A stretch of DNA of 64,000 nucleotides, from assembly GCA_043228905.1 (NCBI GenBank), contig JBHGNT010000005.1:13020001-13084000 (forward strand), given 5' to 3'. The notes under the pieces are model-generated. The model made no database searches and was not told the DNA's origin. It worked only from the letters and a program-made list of their open reading frames with translations. Source of the DNA: Azolla caroliniana (Eukaryota; Plantae; Polypodiophyta). The position numbers and the translations under genes were made by a program. Positions 59,581 through 64,000 of this stretch are shown one piece after another. Numbering within the stretch: position 1 is the stretch's first letter; each line of letters starts with the position of its first letter.

Positions 59581-61420
59581 GCAGGAGACGACAAACCCCT
59601 CCAACTACGTCGGACCTCTCGAAGTGAAAAAGAAAGCCAGATGGTGGTAGACTATCACGTACGGCTTTGCCTTCCCCGCCAACCACGTGTCAATGTGCCT
59701 CTACGGATATGAGATTGTACCCCCAACACTTTGTGCCCCTATGTTTTAGAGATTTGGTAGCGGTATTTAAGATAAGGACCTCAACACTTTGGCGAGTTAC
59801 CTTCCATTTGTTAAAGTATAAAGTATGTATCTAAGATTTCTTTCCTGGCCTTGCTCGCATTTGCATATTAGGGGTGCAACCTGACTGCCCTCTCTGGTGC
59901 GCTCCATACCATCGTTTTCTATAGCTTAGACAAGTGGTCGATCCCCAACTCTCTGTCTTTGATCGGTATATTTATAGTGTTTGCCAAGCATTGACTATAT
60001 TTGTGGAAGGGTTTCCAAAGCCTAGACTTATGCCTGGCTGCCGAAATACATAGTTGACTCGGATAAATAATATCTGCGAGAGAATGATAACGAGAAAAGC
60101 CCATAATGACGTAGTTGTAATACTATATGATTTAGCCATGGCTGTTACCCTTTAGTTTCGTTACAGATTTGGGTTTTCGCCCCCCTTATGACGGCATGTG
60201 TATTTTGTATGGTCTGTTGATTACTCTATCTACAAAAGCTTTCATGTAGACGGACGCAATTCTTGGTTTTCATATAATAGAGCTAATTGTTTGCCCGGAG
60301 CCCCGCTCGATACGAGTTCCCTTCAGGCTAATGGTTGTTCCCAGAAATGAGGTTTCTTCGCTGCACAGGTGAGTAATTTTTGTTTTTCCCTTCCATTCTG
60401 GGCGCTCTCTCAGGAGTTCTACCATCTCTGCTTCCGGCTACTTTGCCTTTGATAGTAGAGTGGTTACTCCGATGATAGGATTGTCTACGTGACGAACATG
60501 TTTTAGTCATCGGAAGTCCTTGTCCTTCATTACCGTAGCGGGTGTCTGTTTTTGTCAACTTTCTAATTCTGCTACTTGTTAAGCTTGTCCTTTTTTCTGA
60601 GCGTACCTTAGCTTGAAGGTGATTTTCATCCACTTGCTATTTTTTTCCAAAAAACACTTCGCGTTTCCTATTCTACAGGCCTTTCTCTGCCACAGTTAAA
60701 TTTCCGGATTTTTCTATCACCTGTCAATCGAGCTCGTTATGGTAGATACTTGCCAGTATCGAGGATATGTTATTCCCCATCTCTTTTTTTGCGAACAAAG
60801 CGGGCAACCTTTCGGGCTACCTTCGGGGCCCTAGCCAACAAGCCCCGCCTTTGTGGTGTTGAATCCGCATTTGCCCGCGCGTAGTGTTCTTCAGATAAGT
60901 CTCATCGATTTATTGTCTCCGATCCTTCTCCCTATGATTTCGGAGAAACGAGGTCATAGTCGAGCGGCAGGCCCGCCCTGCGTACTTCTCAACTCTTGAA
61001 TAAGGAGCTCGACTCTACTGATCCGAGCATTCGCTCGTATTTTGAAAGAAGCAAGCAAGCAAGAATGTGCCAGGATAGGCGCCCCGGAAACAACACTTAA
61101 ACAGTCCAGGGTCCCACCACCAAAAGGTCTTGTTCCCATTGTCCTCATTGCTTTATCTCGTATTCCAGAACCACCTTGTTCTTAGGGAATCTCTCTCGTA
61201 GCTACAAGCTAGCTCATTGACCCCGTAACGACTGATTCGAAAGATGAGAGCATGATTGTTAATGCGAACACGCCGGTTCTCACTCCCTTCGGCCGAATCC
61301 ATCTCGAACCAAAGATTGGTTCTCCGGCCATATGCACTAGTGTATCGAGAGCTGCTGCTTTTCAGCGAAGAAAAAAACTAAACTTTAGACGAGCTTCGTG
61401 ATGGTCTAACAGAACTTCTA
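59581..61420. other. Probable organelle-derived (mitochondrial) insertion with group II intron and maturase remnants
   Basis: Domain V-like hairpin AAGCCAGATGGTGGTAGACTATCACGTACGGCTT (~59634-59668); minus-strand II*YYNYVIMGFSRYHSLAD..AARHKS..FHKYS resembles maturase domain X; domain VI-like end ..GCACCCCTAAT (~59865-59900, minus). Confidence 0.45.
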
Positions 61421-62240
61421 GGTTATGGTGACAATATAGTTACAACTGAAACTCTAGTTACTTTTGAAGAATTATGTTCTAAACCACATGTACCAGAAAG
61501 AATTGTCGATGTTAAAACAAAAAAAATACGTACTAAAGAAATCCGAGAATTTAAAATAAAATGGATGGATAAATCAATAAAAGATGCCACATGGGAACGT
61601 GAAAATACTCTTAGAACTAACTTCCATAACTTTCCATTGCAAGAGTGCAATGTTTTAAAGAGGGGGCATATGTTACGGGCATGACCATTTAATATCCCGT
61701 GGTTAGAATTTACCATAGTATTTTATACATGTGGATAAGAGTGAGGGTTAAACAAGAGTGTAAAGAAGGGGAGGATTACTTTTAATCCTCAGGATTGAGA
61801 CAACCCATCAGGCCAAGTGTGTACATGGCTGGTTGCCACTTGTGGTGGGATTCGGGTCTTGTTCTAGATCTATCTTAAGTGTATACTTTCGGAATACCGA
61901 TGTTATTTCGTGCCGCTTTTTTGGCCTTCTTGAAGCCTATCCGATTTTCTTTATCGTGAGCACGGGGAGTGAGCCAACTCCCTTCCCTTGGGCGACATTC
62001 GTTCGAGACATCAATCATTTCGGCGATCTAAACCTAGTTGTTAAAGCGAGATTGGCAAGTGGTTGGGGGCATAAATTCTTTGTTCCGCATAAAGAAATTC
62101 CAAGGACAGATCAAATGCCAGGAAACAAATCTTGAGTTTGCTTGCTTGCTTGCTTGCTTGTGGGGAAATCACAAAGAAGTTCTGGGACACAGGCGGCAAA
62201 AACCTAGAGACCCTGCAAGCAACACTGCTCGCCCGTAGCA
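61421..62240 (+). mobile_element. 3' end of a chromodomain Gypsy element with LTR 61670-62240
   Basis: PERIVDVKTKKIRTKEIREFKIKWMDKSIKDATWE (chromodomain), PPT AAGAGGGGGCA, LTR TGTTACGGGC..GCCCGTAGCA. Confidence 0.82.
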
Positions 62241-62324
62241 ATGCTCGCCTTAGCCATTATCGCCTGCCGAATTACACTTTTCAAAACTCGCTCTAGCCAT
62301 TTCTCTTATGCTTTCCGGCATTGC

Positions 62325-64000
62325 TGTTATTGCTAGGGCCGGACAACAACCTAACACAAGGTGTCCCCTTAAGACACGTCACCAAAGGGTGGTACGACAG
62401 AATGACTTACGACACAATGCTTAATTAGACCTTAATCGATTTCTTAGCCATCCGTAATTAACACGCGTAAGATATGACAATAATCACAGAACGGTAATCA
62501 ACACTTGAAGATTAAGACCATAAGCTTTATTAATTATCCGCTACTGATTACATTGTAACCGAGCCTTTATATAGGTCTCCGGTGCGAAATACAAAACGGT
62601 GCCAAACGGCACCTTTACGGAATCGTTCCGAATCCGGATCGGCATACCGATTCCGGTCCGTCCGTCCACATCTTCTTATATAATAATATGTATATATTAA
62701 GACTACTAATTCCAACAGTTCCCGAATAACTATTCATTTCTCACTCTGGTTTGGAGTTTGGACCTCCTTTAGCCTTCTTTGCCGGCCGGTAACACATGGC
62801 ACGCCCATGGGACAGTACCTTGTATGTCGAACCCACTATCCGGCCCTTTTACGCTTCATCCAAAATGTCCAGAATGCTTTGCTCCAAAATTTCCAATGGC
62901 TCGTCGGGAATCTGTTGTTGTTGTTGTGGCTGTGGTTGTGGCTGCTGCTCCGTTTGTGGCTCTGGCACCGGTGTTTCCGTCGTTGGTTCCTTCGTCGGAG
63001 TTGTTTGTGGATGACTGACCCCGGCATGTTCCCCCTCCGGTCTTTGCACCGGCGATGGTTCCTCATCACTAAGGTTGACCGTTGCCGTCTTCCGCGCTTT
63101 TTCTTCCCGGAGCCGGGACCGCTCATAACTTTCGAACTGGATTTGAGCCTCCAGCCGATCATCGTCTAGTTGAGCTACAAGCTGCCGGACCTGCACCAAT
63201 TGTTCATCCGCTAGGGCTGTGAAATCTTCCACCATACCGGTCACAGTCATAAGCGTTTCTTCGATCACCGTACCGGACATCTTGTGCGGGCCGGTAACGC
63301 TCCTCTCGCCGCCAACGCTCTTCTTCCTCCTCCTAGTTGCTTCATGGTTCGATTTGCCGGACTGGTGGTGCTTGCCGATTCAGCAAGTTATACTCGCACC
63401 AATCCATTGTGTGGCTTCTGGAATGGCAAAGCAGGCATTGAGAACGCATGGTGCACTCCAGCGCTGAATGTCCGGCATTTAGGCAAGTCGTACATTGAAC
63501 TGCTTGTCGAAAGCGGAGGTCTTCATCAATCGGTAACATTCGTTGGAGTGCCCCCATTGTCAGCCACGAGTTGGAGTTTTCCATTTCCTAGACTCGTTCT
63601 ATGACCTAGTCGATGGAACTCGTGCGTAAATCAATGGCTGTGCACACCGTTTGTAGGGGTTCCCGGAGTGTTGCTAGGAATATCGCCTTAGTCTCTTCCT
63701 CCGGTGGCGCCCGACTGAGCTGGCTGTGCATTCTCTGGAATTGGATTACAAATTGTTGCATGTTCTCTGTGGGCTCCTGCCTGATGGTATAGAATAGGCC
63801 AACCATTTCTCGCTGATCCACTTCTTTGTGAAAAAAATGTAAGAATTTAGATTTCAAGGCGTCAAACGTCGTGATGGTACTTGGATCTTGCGTCAGGCAC
63901 CATCTAGGGGCGGGCCCCTCCAGGGTCCTGCCAAACTCCGCCATCTTTGAGCATTCTGCTTCGACCGCGGTTAAGCAATGTGAAACATGATTTGTTTCCC
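62325..64000 (-). mobile_element. Gypsy derivative related to the element at 1-13514: gag, short extra ORF, 3' LTR ~62325-62794, no pol
   Basis: FRQAVQCTTCLNAGHSALEC..CEYNLLNR parallels 12034-12540; runs off the right edge. The left LTR boundary is uncertain. Confidence 0.7.

Noticed and set aside
52207-59686. Dozens of 60-200 aa ORFs in the array
   Set aside because: They are translations of the tRNA repeat in all frames with no consistent frame or domain.
62796-62813. Plus-strand tRNA-Arg-like PBS TGGCACGCCCATGGGAC after ..TAACA
   Set aside because: The adjacent gag is on the minus strand, so this tract sits at the PPT position before a minus-strand 3' LTR. The resemblance may be chance but is not fully excluded.

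Overview
Eukaryotic, transposon-dense plant nuclear DNA, most consistent with a non-seed plant such as a fern (inferred from Tcn1-like chromoviruses, an RTEX-like LINE and a PLS-class PPR fragment). About 45 kb is nested mobile DNA: a near-intact young Ty1/Copia (508-5953), a gag-only LTR element with a tRNA-Trp primer site (6335-10976), four Tcn1-like chromovirus copies, a Sola-like transposase pseudogene whose intron holds a palindromic satellite, a LINE inserted into an LTR microsatellite, a 2.2-kb TIR element and an LTR-flanked F-box/PPR relic. The single intact host gene is an 8-exon RMI1 homologue (minus strand, 45619-51612). Main points of interest: (1) a 7.3-kb tandem array of about 21 tRNA-Asp(GTC)-derived units directly upstream of, and co-oriented with, RMI1; (2) chromovirus LTRs that combine an antisense tRNA-like Pol III A/B-box module, heat-shock elements and a Tf1-type self-priming signal. 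All coordinates were read by eye and may be off by a few bases.
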